A stretch of 64,000 nt of DNA. Origin: Macrostomum lignano. Its lineage: Eukaryota. Below, piece after piece: positions 36,519 through 49,700 of the stretch. A program made the translations under genes and the position numbers. The stretch's first letter is position 1, and every line of letters begins with the position of its first letter. A model generated the notes under the pieces. That model saw only the letters and a program-made list of their open reading frames with translations. It did not search any database and was not told where the DNA came from. The stretch lies in contig NIVC01000629.1 in NCBI GenBank assembly GCA_002269645.1, positions 248,001 through 312,000 of the forward strand. The letters run 5' to 3'.

Positions 36519-39515
36519 CTGCGAGCCGGGGGCGTGGGTTTGTAATTGTGCGCTTAGCCAATGACTGCGTTGGATGAAGCCGAGCATTAGTGCTCCATCA
36601 TTCAGCATAGCTACAGTTACAGCATGCTATGCCAACTTTCAATCAACTTCCAAAGCTTTGCAAACTTTCACTAGGATATACTGGGTACCAAATAGCCAAT
36701 CGAAAACCCAAATTTTCATAGATGAAAATTGGAACAAAAGTTTACATTAGCATGATCAGGTAAAGATAATAGGCTGCTTTAGTTGAATAGAAGAAGTAGA
36801 AATAGAACATTGATTAATAATCTTGGCATATAGAATTCTTAAAAGTTTAAAATTAGTATACACAGTTGATATACAAATAATAGCCAAGTCTAGGCTTAGT
36901 GTATTTAGAGTAGTTAAATACCAACAGGGAAAGCTCTTTTAAAGTAATTGGAAACAAAAAATGAAAATAATAATAATGCAACTAATGAGGAAAACATAAG
37001 TAAAATAGAATAATAATTTCTAGCAAAAAATTGACATTAAATTTAGTAAAACTAAGTTTTTTAAAATATATTGTTTAAAAAAAGTTGGCAAATAAACAAC
37101 TTTATGCTTGGTATAATTTTTTTAATTTATGCCAGCATAGAGTTAAGACTATTTTAGCTAGTGTACCACTTATATGCTATTCCAAGAACATGTCCCTATT
37201 GGAATAAGTGGACAAAATGTGTTTGACTATCATGATTTTGAAATTTTCTAGTGTCACATCACGGCTAGAATAAAGGCAGGTGGTGTTGCGGCATGGTATA
37301 GTTTTTGGGTAAGTGGCAGGAGTAACTATGATTGTCTTATTAAGGCTAAATGCCTCATTATCTAATTAGTACTATGCATGTATTCAGTGCAAAAGTTAAT
37401 GTGTTCTGTGTTGTCACATTTTTAAACTACAATTTTAGACCCTGTGTTGTGTGTCAATAGGTTTTCTACATTTATTCTAATAGGGGAACATGTGCATAGT
37501 TTTATTCTAGGAATAGCACAGGGTTCCACCTTAATTTGTCCTATTTGAGATTGTTATATATAGCATAAAATAAAAACAACTAAAGTATCTAACTTGTCAT
37601 TGTCTTAGTATATATAAATAACTTTGACCAAAGTTATCAAAGTTAAACCAATGTTTAAATGTATATAGCTAAGGTAATATAAATAAAAAAATTAAGCAAA
37701 TGACATGATTCAGCATCATGACTCACTTATTCCTTACACCTTGGCCAGCCATCCCATTTCACTTGTCATCTAGTATACAGCCACTTCTTTCTTATATATA
37801 CATTTTAATGTTGGTTTAATGTCAAAAAACTGATTAGCCAAAGATATATTAAATTATATATACCTCAGTTTTAGATAATGCTATATTCATTAAATTGTCA
37901 TGTTGTTTTGCATTGGCTATACAATGATCTTAGCTTATAGCAGCATTGTTTGCCAATAAAATGATCTAACTTTAAGACTTATTTATACTACTATTTAGTA
38001 TTAAATAAGTCATAAAAATCATATATAAATAAATAAAAGGAATCAAATTAAATAAGTCTTTTGGCCAAAGCAATCCAAATATTTCTTAGTTATACATATA
38101 CATTGTATTAGTATACTCTATATAATGTATAATAGTTTAGTTATATGATCTCAAGAGATGAATTTCATGTAATTTCAAACAGATACAGAGCTATGCTACT
38201 ATTAAAAGTTTTGTTTCAAAGTTTAAAAATTCTAAATTTATTTTGCAATAAATAACAAATAAAATTTATTATTGTAATAAATATTTTGTAATAATAATAA
38301 CAATAATATGTCCTTGGCCTTGCCTTTGCATTTGGTTGAAGTCATCAAATTTATAAATGCTTAGGTCATACAGATTTGGTCAAGTCATCATCATTATATT
38401 ACAATTTTGAATATGATAATTTTGACTACATATGGCATAGCATACTATGAGACTAACAGTAATATAGTCTTGACAAAATGGCACCCTAGGTCTAGGATAG
38501 CCTTTATAGGTAGGTTAAGGTTAGGACCATTAGGGCCTAGGCACCAACTCACTAAATTAATCAATAGAATGATTGATAATTTAATAAATTATATACCAAT
38601 AATTAAGCACTTACTGATGACAACTGTGTCCTCAAGAATCCATCAAAGTTAGCCATCCTTCAATTCAAATCAACAGTTAAAATATAAAATTTATCTTGAC
38701 TTGTAAATAGTAAATAGTAGGGATAGTAGGCCTATCTAAAACTGAAAACAATAGCTGTGTAGTAATTAGTTAGTAGTAGACTTGTGCAATGAATAATGTA
38801 ACACAACACTTGGGCCTAATTTATTATTTTAGGCAAAAGCTTGAAAAAAAACCTTATAGCCAGTTTATAACTAGAGAAACGCAAGACGCTTGAAAAAAGC
38901 ACAACTAACAGTTAAATTAAAAAATATATTTTTACTTTTACACCATAAAAAGTAGTTCAAAAGTTGAAACACCAAATCTTAGGTAATAAAAAACACTACA
39001 AAAGCCTGTGTTTTTCCGCTTTTTTATGATATTATTTGACTTAACTTTAACTCCGTTGATAAGATTTTGTTTAACGATCTGCTTAACTTTTTTTCTAAGA
39101 ACTTCAGGAAATCTGCGTAAAAAGGGGGCGATGATAGGCCTAATGTATTCTGGCGTGTCATGTCAATATCAAACCATGTGAGTGTTTGTCGTACAATTTT
39201 ACCTTGGTATTTGCCGAAATTATTTTACATTTATGTAAAAACTCACATAGTTTTAATAGTTTTCGCAAATCTTATATAGCCGCCTGGCCTAGGGCTAGGC
39301 CTAACTTTTTTCTACAATATTAAACCGATTTCTATGGACTGGTCAATGTGTCATTGTTGGCTCTTTTTTCCACTTATGACATATGTATATATAAATATTT
39401 AAAAAATCTAATAAAACCAGAATAGTCCAAATCTTTGCTTTGCAACTATATTTATAAGTCAGCTTTAGGCTTAGGCTTAGTCTAGTAGGCTTTCTATACT
39501 GACTATACAGAGAAA

Positions 39516-40780
39516 GGTAATCTTTCCTTACCCGACCGTAAATTATTTTCTAAGTTTTTTCGAATTTTTTATATTTAAAATGTAAATATTTTTACGGGCT
39601 TACGGTAAAAGCTAAAAGTCAGCATGGGTAAAAGTCAGCATGGGTAAAAGTCAGCATGGGTAGTAGTGCCAGACCCAGTAAATGAAATTTTCAAAATGAT
39701 GCTCTCCTCCCCAATGGCGCCTCCAGATAAACTCCTGGAGGTAAATGTCAAAGAGTGCACCCGACATGCCACGCATCCGTCTTAGCTTGGCCTTGACATG
39801 ACCCCACATTGGGTCCGCAGGGTTGACGAAGTTGAGGGAGTGGTTGACAGTGGCATGGTTCGGCAGCTAGTTGTACGTAGCCCACTGGTCAGTCAGGATG
39901 TGTGTGCCGGGTAGCACGTGCTATTGAATTAGAGGCAGTAGAACGGCAGCTGACCGGGACTCGACTGTCATCATGACAAAGTTTCTTGAGTCACGCTCAA
40001 TCATGCCGAGTACCTAGTGACCCTCTTGGTACTGGCCAACATGGTACTTGCGGTGCATGAATTTCGACTCATCAATTTCCACAGTATGTCCGGGACCACC
40101 TAGCTGCTGGGGATGGTTGATTGCCCACTGGCAATAGACATCGCGGAAATAGTTGAACCAGTCAACTATTGTCTCAGTTGAACCTATGCCGACCTCTCGC
40201 ATGACAACGTCGTACTTGACATCAAGTGTCCACCAGTACATTAGCTAGATGATCTTGTCCAGTGGCAGGTGACTATTGTAGAAGAACGAGTCTTGTCGTA
40301 ATGACTTGTACCCCTTGCACTCTTTGCAGTACCAAGCATGGCCATCCATTGTATTGCGTGCGCGATTGACAAAGCCCATAGGCATGTGGCAGCACTGCAT
40401 GGTGTTACGGAGCAGGCCAAGGGTTGCCAGCCAGTTTATTGTATTGTCCATTGTGTCTGTCCTCCTGTGGACATCTTGCAGCTTCAGGGCCACGGCCTGC
40501 AGCAGCTGGTCAGCCGGAATGACCAAATTCTGGGGTACAATGGTTGTTGGGGCTCGAGGTTGACCAGCCATTGCTGAAAGGATGCAGAAAACACGTTAAA
40601 GACATGAGAAATATTTTTTGAGAAAAATTATTAAAAAATTAAAAAATCTAAAATTAAAAACATTTTTTTCTTTTCTTAAAATGTGCGCCCCACATATATA
40701 CACAACTTCAGCCAAAAAAAATAAAAGAAACTGAAACAGGAAGCCGAAAATAATTTACGGTCGGGTAAGGAAAGATTACC
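39516..40780 (-). mobile_element. Merlin (IS1016-like) DNA transposon, 1265 bp, transposase inactivated
   Basis: Perfect 35-bp TIR GGTAATCTTTCCTTACCCGACCGTAAATTATTTTC; 8-bp TSD CAGAGAAA / CAAAGAAA. Transposase from 40571 has a Zn ribbon (CCH...WYCKEC), GPGHTVEIDESKF, ILTDQW and VNHSLNFVNP, with several in-frame stops. Confidence 0.9.
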
Positions 40781-41721
40781 CAAAGAAATATAGGATCAAA
40801 AAAGTTTCATAGCTGATGCAGTGTACCTAATCAGCACAATTATTATTTGGCAGATCTAATGCTTTTTGTATTGGTTATATACTTGTTAATCACACAAGTT
40901 TTAGTGGCATACAATTTATTAGAACACTTAATTGGTGTAATTTACTAGCATACACTTATAGATATTAGATAGCCAAATACTTTCCAGCATATATGTAACA
41001 TGATCCGCAATATAATGTCTATGAAACTTGCATGGTGGCTGTCTTGTTAATATTGAATGAGTTCATACTTAGAGACATGGTGGGTGGCGGTGTCTATAAT
41101 ATTGGAGCTTATAGGCATGGCTGCTATTATCAATGCTATTATCAATCATCAATATAAAATGTATGTTCTATAGAGCTCTCTCATAAGTAAATGGTGGCTT
41201 AATAGATAAGTTAATGAAAAATTTCAAATCTTAAATAGTCAGTTTTTTTATTTGAATTTTTTTTTAACTTAATTTAATTAAAATTTTAAGAGTAACATTG
41301 AATCTTAAAGGGTGGCTGCAATTATATATGTAGCTACTGAAAAAAATAATTGTAAGTGTAAATTTTTTGATACATATCGGCCACACTTTGTCATGAGTTA
41401 AACATTATATAGCCGTACTAAATGCGTAACTAAGCAACTTAAGAATAAATGAAAATCTAGCAATAACTGAAGAGCATAAACAAAAATGTGGCAAACTTCT
41501 TATAATATAAAATTGTAATCATTTATAACAATTTGTAATAAAATTTGAATACTTATAGATATACAAATATATAGCTACATATATAATTGTGGCTGCACTT
41601 TAAGATTTAGCAAATTACTCTTATCAAAAAACTTAAAAGTTAAGACAGAAAAATTTCTGTTTGCTAAAAAAAATTTATTAAAAAAATGCCAACCTTTTGG
41701 GATTCGAATATGCATTCCCAT

Positions 41722-42419
41722 CAAGGACGACTTAAGTAGAAGGATGGGAAACCTCGTTTCTTAGAAAATTTTTGAAGGCACTTTTTCCCGAAAAAATACA
41801 CGGCGGAGATAGGAAATTTTCATTTTTTCAGCACAAAAATTGCTATAACTTTTGATAGGAGGCAGATCCAGTGTTCATCTTTTGATATGTTGTGCCTTTT
41901 TTATTGCTCTATCGATATTTATAAAGCTTTCCGTTCAGAAAATTAGGATTCTATGTTAATTTTTTATTCTACGTATATTTTCATGTGTCTTGTGCTTGAA
42001 ATACATTAGAATGCCACGGCTTGGCTCTTTGATTTATGAGTCTATTTTATCCTTCTTACCTGACTGTATAGCAAATAGTTGTAACATAGATGATAAAATA
42101 GATTCATAAAACCAAATATTAGAGCTGTGTCATGCATTTTTGTGATTTTTAGATACAGGAAATATACGTAGAATAAAAAATTAACATAGAATCCTAATTT
42201 TCTGAACAAAAAGCTTTATAAATATCGATAGAGCAATAAAAAAGGCACAACATATCAAAAGATGAACACTGGATCTGCCTCCTATCAAAAGTTATAGCAA
42301 TTTTTGTGCTGAAAAAATGAAAATTTCCTATCTCCGCAGTGTATTTTTTTCGGGAAAAAGTGCCTTCAAAAATTTTCTAAGAAACAAGGTTTCCCGTCCT
42401 TCTACTTAAGTCGTCCTTG
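41722..42419. mobile_element. 698-bp foldback element with about 260-bp TIRs, P-superfamily-like
   Basis: CAAGGACGAC.../...GTCGTCCTTG termini; arms 41722-41980 and 42160-42419 are nearly identical; exact 8-bp TSD ATTCCCAT. Confidence 0.88.
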
Positions 42420-43230
42420 ATTCCCATATGCAATCATATGACAATTGACATATCCACTAAGCCACCATTTGCTTATGAGAAAGCCCTATAGAACACGCAT
42501 TTTATATTGATGATAATAGCCATGCCTATAATATAAGCTCAAATATTATAAACATGGCCGCCATGCCCATAAGTATTCCAATTTTAAAATGCTTGTGAAA
42601 GTTTTAGTTTATAAATATAAAATAATGGCTGCATAAAGCATGTTAAAATAACCAAAAATGTAACCAAACCAACCAAACCAACCATAACCAAAATTGGATA
42701 TCTCGCAAATTTGAGAAGGCAAGGCTTATTTAGCCAGTACTAGTCAAATAAGTTTGCTACTATTTAGCTGGCACTGGTCAAATAAACCCATCACTATTTA
42801 GCCGGCAGTCCTGCCCTATTGATAGTCAAATGAACTGATGCCGCCTATGGATTTTTTAATTGTAAACTTTTATACATGTGATTGAACTATCTATGGTCAT
42901 AATTTGTTAAGGGGGGTTACACCAAATTTGTCAACATCTACTTTGTCAACAGACTTGAAGTTTAGGAAATTAAAGGAAATTGAATTTGTCAACATTTAAA
43001 ACAAGCTAAGCAAATTTGTCAACAATAAAACAGACTTTCCTAAAATGGTTTCCTAACTAAATAACATTAATTTCTATAATTCAATGAGCAAAATATTGCC
43101 AGATACTTCAACATTACTTCAAAAAATTAATATCAAATACAGTAAAACCATTCTCCTTCCATTATCTTACATACATTTTTAAATAGGCTTTGTCTTTCAA
43201 TTTTTAGCATATAATAAATATACTAGTCAA

Positions 43231-43822
43231 CCCTATAGGAAAAAGTTGTAAAACCGCGGACGGTGTCCGGCGCACTTTTGAAATTTTTCTAAAGCGCAGC
43301 GCGTGCACAGGCGCAGCGCCTGCGCGCGCTGCCCTTTCTTACTGGCTGCTGCTCTAGCAAATACATATACATGGAAATGGGTATAATACCTCTGTTGAAG
43401 GGGCTTATACACTCGTAATTTATTAAGCTTAGAGATGTTCCAAAAATTTAATTTCAATTTTCCAAAATTTGAAATTTTTTAGAGCGAATTTCAATTTCGA
43501 AATAAAATTTAGAAGTGAAAATTTTGGTAGTGTCTAAAAAGTCGCTAAAAATAAACTACTTTCTACTACATATACATGTATTACTTTTTGCTTAAGCAGT
43601 AAATTGTAAGTAAAAAAGTGAGTGTTGATCATACTAAACTTTGTTTTTCTGAATTATGATTTCAGGAAATTTCAATTTTGATTTTGGAAAGTTAGCAAAT
43701 TTTGATTTCGACAAAACTGCAGATCTTTCGGAACATCTCTAATAATCCTAAAGCGCGGTAAAATAGTTTGACTCTTTTCTAAAGCGCACGTCCGCGGGTT
43801 TTTAACATTTATTCCAATAGGG
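43231..43822. mobile_element. 592-bp non-autonomous TIR element, superfamily unclear
   Basis: Imperfect TIR CCCTATAGGAAAAAGTTGTAAAACCGCGGACG / CGTCCGCGGGTTTTTAACATTTATTCCAATAGGG; exact 8-bp TSD CTAGTCAA. Confidence 0.75.
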
Positions 43823-43969
43823 CTAGTCAATAGCATATTGTCAGGTAACTTAATTTTGTCAATAGTGCATGGTAAAATATATTGACAAATTCGATGGCAC
43901 CCTTTGCAAAGACCCAGACAGTTACTAAAGAGCTGGGCACACAAGGGAAAATGGAATTAATTAATGAAC

Positions 43970-44099
43970 CATACATGCACAACTTTGGGAATCACCTGGC
44001 TGTTTCTATTGGCAACACACACATGTAAGTCGCTATTGGCTGAGAGCAGTCACGTGACTACTATTCCATCTAATAGCGACTTGTTCCATCCCAAGCATG
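43970..44099. mobile_element. 130-bp internally deleted copy of the MITE at 14376
   Basis: Same CATACATG...CCCAAGCATG ends and left arm; exact 8-bp TSD TAATGAAC; most of the right arm is lost. Confidence 0.8.
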
Positions 44100-45222
44100 T
44101 AATGAACCAACAAGCAGAGTGGAGCAAGACAAGGGCTCCTATGATAACAAATTATTTCCATTCATTTTTGTTAATGCAAATATACAATTAGATGGAATGA
44201 ACTATCTGTTTATTTGACCAGCAGGTGGGCAGGACTGCCAGCTAAGTAGTGACAGGTTTATTTGACCAGCAGTGGGTAAGGATTGATTGCTATCTAAATA
44301 GTGATGGGATTATTAGACTAGCAATAAAATTATGGCCACAATTTATGTTCTCCAATTGAATTGACTGCTATGTGACGGTGCATAAAGACCACTTGACATT
44401 TTTTTATTTTGTCATTTTTCTTTGCATGGCATATTTTTGCAAATCCTTTTTCCCAACATTGTAACCAATGGAAGGAGCTTATTAGGCATACAAGAAAATT
44501 GTTTTTCGCATTTTTTCAAAGTCTCAAAGGTTTTTGCTTATTACAAGGCCGCCTAACCTTAAATTAATGAACATTTATTAGAAAGGACTTTTAAAACTCA
44601 TGGATAAATAATAGATAAAACAAACTCAATTTAAAAGGGAAAGCTAATATGCATTGAAGAATACCATTGTACTATTGGAATTATCCAAATTTGCTTAGAT
44701 TGTTGCCAAATTTGCTTTTGCCGAATTGGTCCATTGTGAATCTTTGTTGGCAAATTTTTTTGTTGCCCAATTGGTCAGCACCCATTTTTGCCCTTGCTAA
44801 CAATCTTGGTATACACTTGGTATATAGAATTTTCAGGTTCAATATTAAATGTACATAGTTGACATACAAAAAATGGCCAAGTTTAGGCCTAATATATATA
44901 TATATATTATAGTTAAATATTCACCAATAAAAGCTCTTTGAAAAATAATTAAAAACAAAAATAGAAAAAATTAATGCAATTTCTGAGAAAATCACAATTA
45001 AAACAAAGAGTTTTTGTTTTTAGCAAAAAAAGTTGTTTCAAAGTTTAGTAAAACTTTTGTATTTTTAAAAGATAGATAGAAAAGATAGGAAAAAGTCTTA
45101 AAAATCCAGAATATTAATCTCTCAGCAAATACTTGAAGTAGAACACTTGTATATTAGCATTTTAACTAGATGAATAACAAATGGCTATTTGTCTGGTATT
45201 AACTGGAAGATAGTAAGATAGA

Positions 45223-46105
45223 CAGTGTTGGGCACCAGTCCGTTAATAAGCATTAATCTGTTAATAAGCGTTATTAAGCGTTAAGATTTTTCATTAACAT
45301 TAACGGACTGTCGTTAAGATTTTTTTGAACTAACACATTAACAAATTTGTGTTAAAAAATTTGTGAATTAACGATAAATTCATCGTTAACAGTAGTGTCT
45401 ATGTCAATGACCAAAGACGCAAAGAAGGAACAAAAAATAGAAGTCTTACAAGAAGTTTAAACATTACGAACGTATTTGAGCTTACCTATATGCCTAAATA
45501 TAATCTCTTTATTTATGACGATGATCATACAGACATACATGTAATTAACAACTTCTTACAAATAAACTTCAAAATAATGAATTAAAATAGTGTGAAACTT
45601 TATTTCTTGCGCGTGAGCATCAATCGCTTTGATTCACTTCTGTCCCAATCTTTCGCAACTTTCTGCTGCGCCTGCTAATGGTACTGAAACAACCTTCCTA
45701 TGCGTATTTAATTATGAATTTCTCGCTATTAGCTTTTAAGTTTCAAATAAAATAAGTTACTTTTTTTACCATATGCTTTACTTTTAGTAGTATTATGCAT
45801 GCAAGTTTTTAAAATGATTACTTATTACTTTTTTAGCTTTCAAATCGCTTAGATGACCTCTGTGTTTTGCTAAAAAGATGGAATAGCAAAGACATGCAAT
45901 ACGAAGTCTGTTTTGGAAAAAATGTGCAAGATTTCCATATTTTCTATGTTAACTTTAACAGATTAACGCTTATTAACAATTATCAGTTAACTTTCAGTTA
46001 ACTTAATGAAATTAGGAGTTAAAAAGTTAAGATTTTTTTTGTTTTAACACTAATGCTTTTGCTATTAATGGAAGTTAAGATTTTCATTAATGGTGCCCAA
46101 CACTG
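45223..46105. mobile_element. hAT-like non-autonomous element (883 bp)
   Basis: 15-bp TIR CAGTGTTGGGCACCA / TGGTGCCCAACACTG; TSD AAGATAGA / GAGATAGA (7/8); many subterminal TTAAC/GTTAA motifs. Confidence 0.8.
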
Positions 46106-46229
46106 GAGATAGACTATTTGTCTAGTAACCTAATAAATAGCCATGTCACTATTTATTTAGTCATTGGACAAACAACAATTGCCTAAATAATTTATTAAAT
46201 TATTTTGTTGTTGTTTAAAGGATTATTAG

Positions 46230-46405
46230 TAGGTACAGATCCAGAAAATGTTTGACTAGGGGGTGCAGATTACTATGGTATATATTTTTTTATATCATAT
46301 ACATATATATGTACATAGTAATGTATATTTTCTATACAAAAAATAACATTCTTTCTAACTTGATGGGCACACACCCTGTGCACCTCCTCCCTAAATCTGC
46401 CACTG
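46230..46405. mobile_element. Degenerate hAT-like MITE (176 bp)
   Basis: Right end AAATCTGCCACTG, degenerate left end TAGGTACAGATCCAG; exact 8-bp TSD ATTATTAG. Confidence 0.6.
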
Positions 46406-46719
46406 ATTATTAGCATATTATGGCTAGGTTTTTTGTGCATAGAATACCCCTTCTAGTTGTTTATGTGTGGAGAGATTTCAGGTCTTTAGTTGTTTGTGTG
46501 TGGTGTCAGGTCTCTAGTTATTTGTGTGTGGGAGATGTCAGGTCTCTAGTTGTTTGTGTGGGGAGATGTCAGGTGCTATGTTCAAGACAGGTATTCGTAG
46601 ATAATTACCCTCTGGTTAACTATGTAATCTGAAGCAAAAGTTTTGAATTAAAAAATGCTTTCAGGTCTGCTGAATTGTTACAGCAGTGCCGCAGCTGCAA
46701 ATACTGAATCTGCTCCGCC

Positions 46720-49700
46720 ATGTTCAAACGCTTGTCAAGCGCTTTCAAGACCACAGGCTTTGTGGACCTGTCAGCTGCTTCCTCAAATCAGCAGCGTCAG
46801 TCAGCAAAAAGTTCAAGCGATCAGCTGAGACCGAGATTTGCCTACTGCAGGCCTGACCTGCTTGGCCTGGAGCTCGACGGTGATGACGAACGGAGTCTGG
46901 CCTCTGACACCGTTAGTAGGCCCGTGCTGGTGGCTGGGGACCGGACCGCCTTGCCAGGATTTGCGGGATATGCTGAGTAAGCACAGCTGGCTTTGTTGCT
47001 TTTCGGGCAATGATTAGCTGGCATTTCAGGTGTGCTGGCACTGATTAGCTGGCATTTCAGGTTTTGTTAAAAATTGTAGTTAAAGACAACCGATTGTTTC
47101 TAGGGCAATCAATGGCGGCAAGACGCAGGTAAACGAGGACCAGAGCCAGGCGTGCCAGTTTCTGCTGCGCCCGACTGCGCCCAACGGCGAACGAGCGGAC
47201 GCTCTGCCGGACATTCTCTATGGAGGCGACTGCGTGCTCTCACCGGAGCAGTACAGCGAAGTGAGCTCGGGCTTGTCTTCGCGTCACTCCCTGTGTCACT
47301 CATTGTGTATTGCTTCACTTACTGCGTCATTCCGTCAGCCCCTGTCACTCACTGCGTCACTCCCTGTCACTCCCTGTCACTCACTGCGTCACTCCCTGTC
47401 ACTCACTGCGTCACTCCCTGTCACTCCCTGTCACTCACTGCGTCACTCCCTGTCACTCACTGCGTCACTCCCTGTCACTCCCTGTCACTCACTGCGTCAC
47501 TCCTTGTCACTCACTGCGTCACTCCCTCTCACTCACTGCGTCACTCCCTCTCACTCACTGCGTCACTCCCTGTCACTCACTGCGTCACTCCCTCTCACTC
47601 ACTGCGTCACTCCCTCTCACTCACTGCGTCACTCCCTGTCACTCACTGCGTCACTCCCTCTCACTCACTGCGTCACTCCCTCTCACTCACTGCGTCACTC
47701 CCTCTCACTCACTGCGTCACTCCCTCTCACTCACTGCGTCACTCCCTGTCACTCACTGCGCCACTCCCTCTCACTCACTGCGTCACTCCCTGTCACTCAC
47801 TGCGTCACTCCCTCTCACTCACTGCGTCACTCCCTCTCACTCACTGCGTCACTCCCTGTCACTCACTGCGTCACGCCTACCAACGCAACCCGCAGCTGCT
47901 GCGCGCCTCCCCGGACTGCCTGCTGGCCACCTACTTTGCGATGTTCGACGGTCACGCCGGAGACGGCGCGGCCACCTATGCTAAACAGCTGCTGCAGCTT
48001 CACCTTCGGGTAGGATGGCTGTGCCGTTTGCCTGTCCTAGCTGGCGCCTATTTTACTCACTTCAATACATGCGCAGCACTTGCAAACCCGCAGGAAAAAC
48101 TTATGCAAGTTTACCCGCTACTGTTGGAGCGGATCAACAAGCCCTCCAGCGAGACTCCGGCCGCAGCACCGGCACAGAATGGCGGCGACTCGGCCTTTAT
48201 TCACCAGCCCGACAGTCTGACTGTCAGCTTTGACCAGCTGGTTATTGGCGCTCTGGAGTCCGCCTTCATTGGCTTGGTAAATAGCCTGTGTTTAATATCA
48301 CTTGTCCTTGTTCACCCTGTTTGTTCTCGCTCACTACTTAGTTAATTTGTTTGTTTCTAAACAACTGCAACACAGGACGATCAAATCTGCCGGGAGCGAA
48401 CCACCTACCGCATCACCGGCGGCTGCACCGCTCTTGTGCTGCTGTTCCTGGCCGATCGGCTGTACGTTGCCAATGCCGGCGATACTCGGTGCGTGCCTGC
48501 CTGCTGTGTCACAATCACTACCTTCCTCCCATCCCCACCTGTCTCTTTATCTCCCCCTTCATCTCCTCCCCTTCATCTCCTCCCCTTCATCTCCTCCCCT
48601 TTATCTCCTCCCCCTTCATCTCCTCCCCTTTATCTCCTCCCCCTTCATCTCCTCCCCACCCGTCTCTTTATCTCCCCCTTCCTCCCATCCCCACCCGTCT
48701 CTTTATCTCCCCCTTCCTCTCCCCCTTCATCTCCTCCCCTTTCATCCCCCCTTGATCTTCCCTTCTTCTCCTTCATCCCCTCCCCCTTCATCACCTCCCT
48801 TTCATCTCCTTCCACTTCTCCTTCTCCTTCATCTCCCCTTCATCTCCTCCCCCTTCTCCTTCTCCATCTACTTTCTTTCCCTTCATCTCCCACTTCTCCT
48901 TCCCCTTATCTCCTCCCCTTTCATCTCCCCCCTTCATCTCCCTTCATCTCTTTCGCCTTCCCATTCTTCCCCAGCCTGTACTGAGCCGCAGCAGCTCATA
49001 GCCACCCAAATTCGCACTTGTCCCAGAGCGGTCCTGTGCCAGCGCACCGGGTCGGCGCAGCCGCTGTCGGTGGACCTGACGCCCTACAACGACCGGGAAC
49101 GGCTGCAGCTGATCGCCAGCCACCACCCGGAGCTGTTGCACAAGGAGTTCTGCGCTCTGCAGTTCGCTCGCCGACTGGGCAGGCGGGACTTGGGTGAACG
49201 GGTTCTGTGCAGACACGGTTGCATGCAGGGATGGTGAGCTGGAGCAGCGCTTGGGTCGTGTCAGACTTGTTTTCTCTCCTTACCCTCATAAATCGGCCTT
49301 CACACCCAAGAGTCTCCATTCACCCTCAAGAATCACCATGCACCTTCGAGAATCGCCATTCACCCTCAAGAACCGCCATTCACCCTCAAGAACCGCCATT
49401 CACCCTCGAAAATCGCCATTCACCCTCAAGAATCGCCATGCACCTTCGAGAATCGCCATTCACCCTCAAGAACCGCCATTCACCCTCAAAAACCGCCATT
49501 CACCCTCGAAAATCGCCATTCACCTTCGAGAATCGCCATGCACCTTCGAGAATCGCCATTCACCCTCAAGAACCGCCATTCACCCTCAAGAACCGCCATT
49601 CACCCTCGAGAATCGCCATGCACCTTCGAGAATCGCCATTCACCCTCAAGAACCGCCATTCACCCTCAAGAACCGCCATTCACCCTCGAAAATCGCCATT

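Noticed and set aside
35119-36545. Antisense ORFs over TSG101, G3BP, EMC6 and the RT exons
   Set aside because: These are expected shadows of GC-rich coding sequence and have no recognisable motifs.
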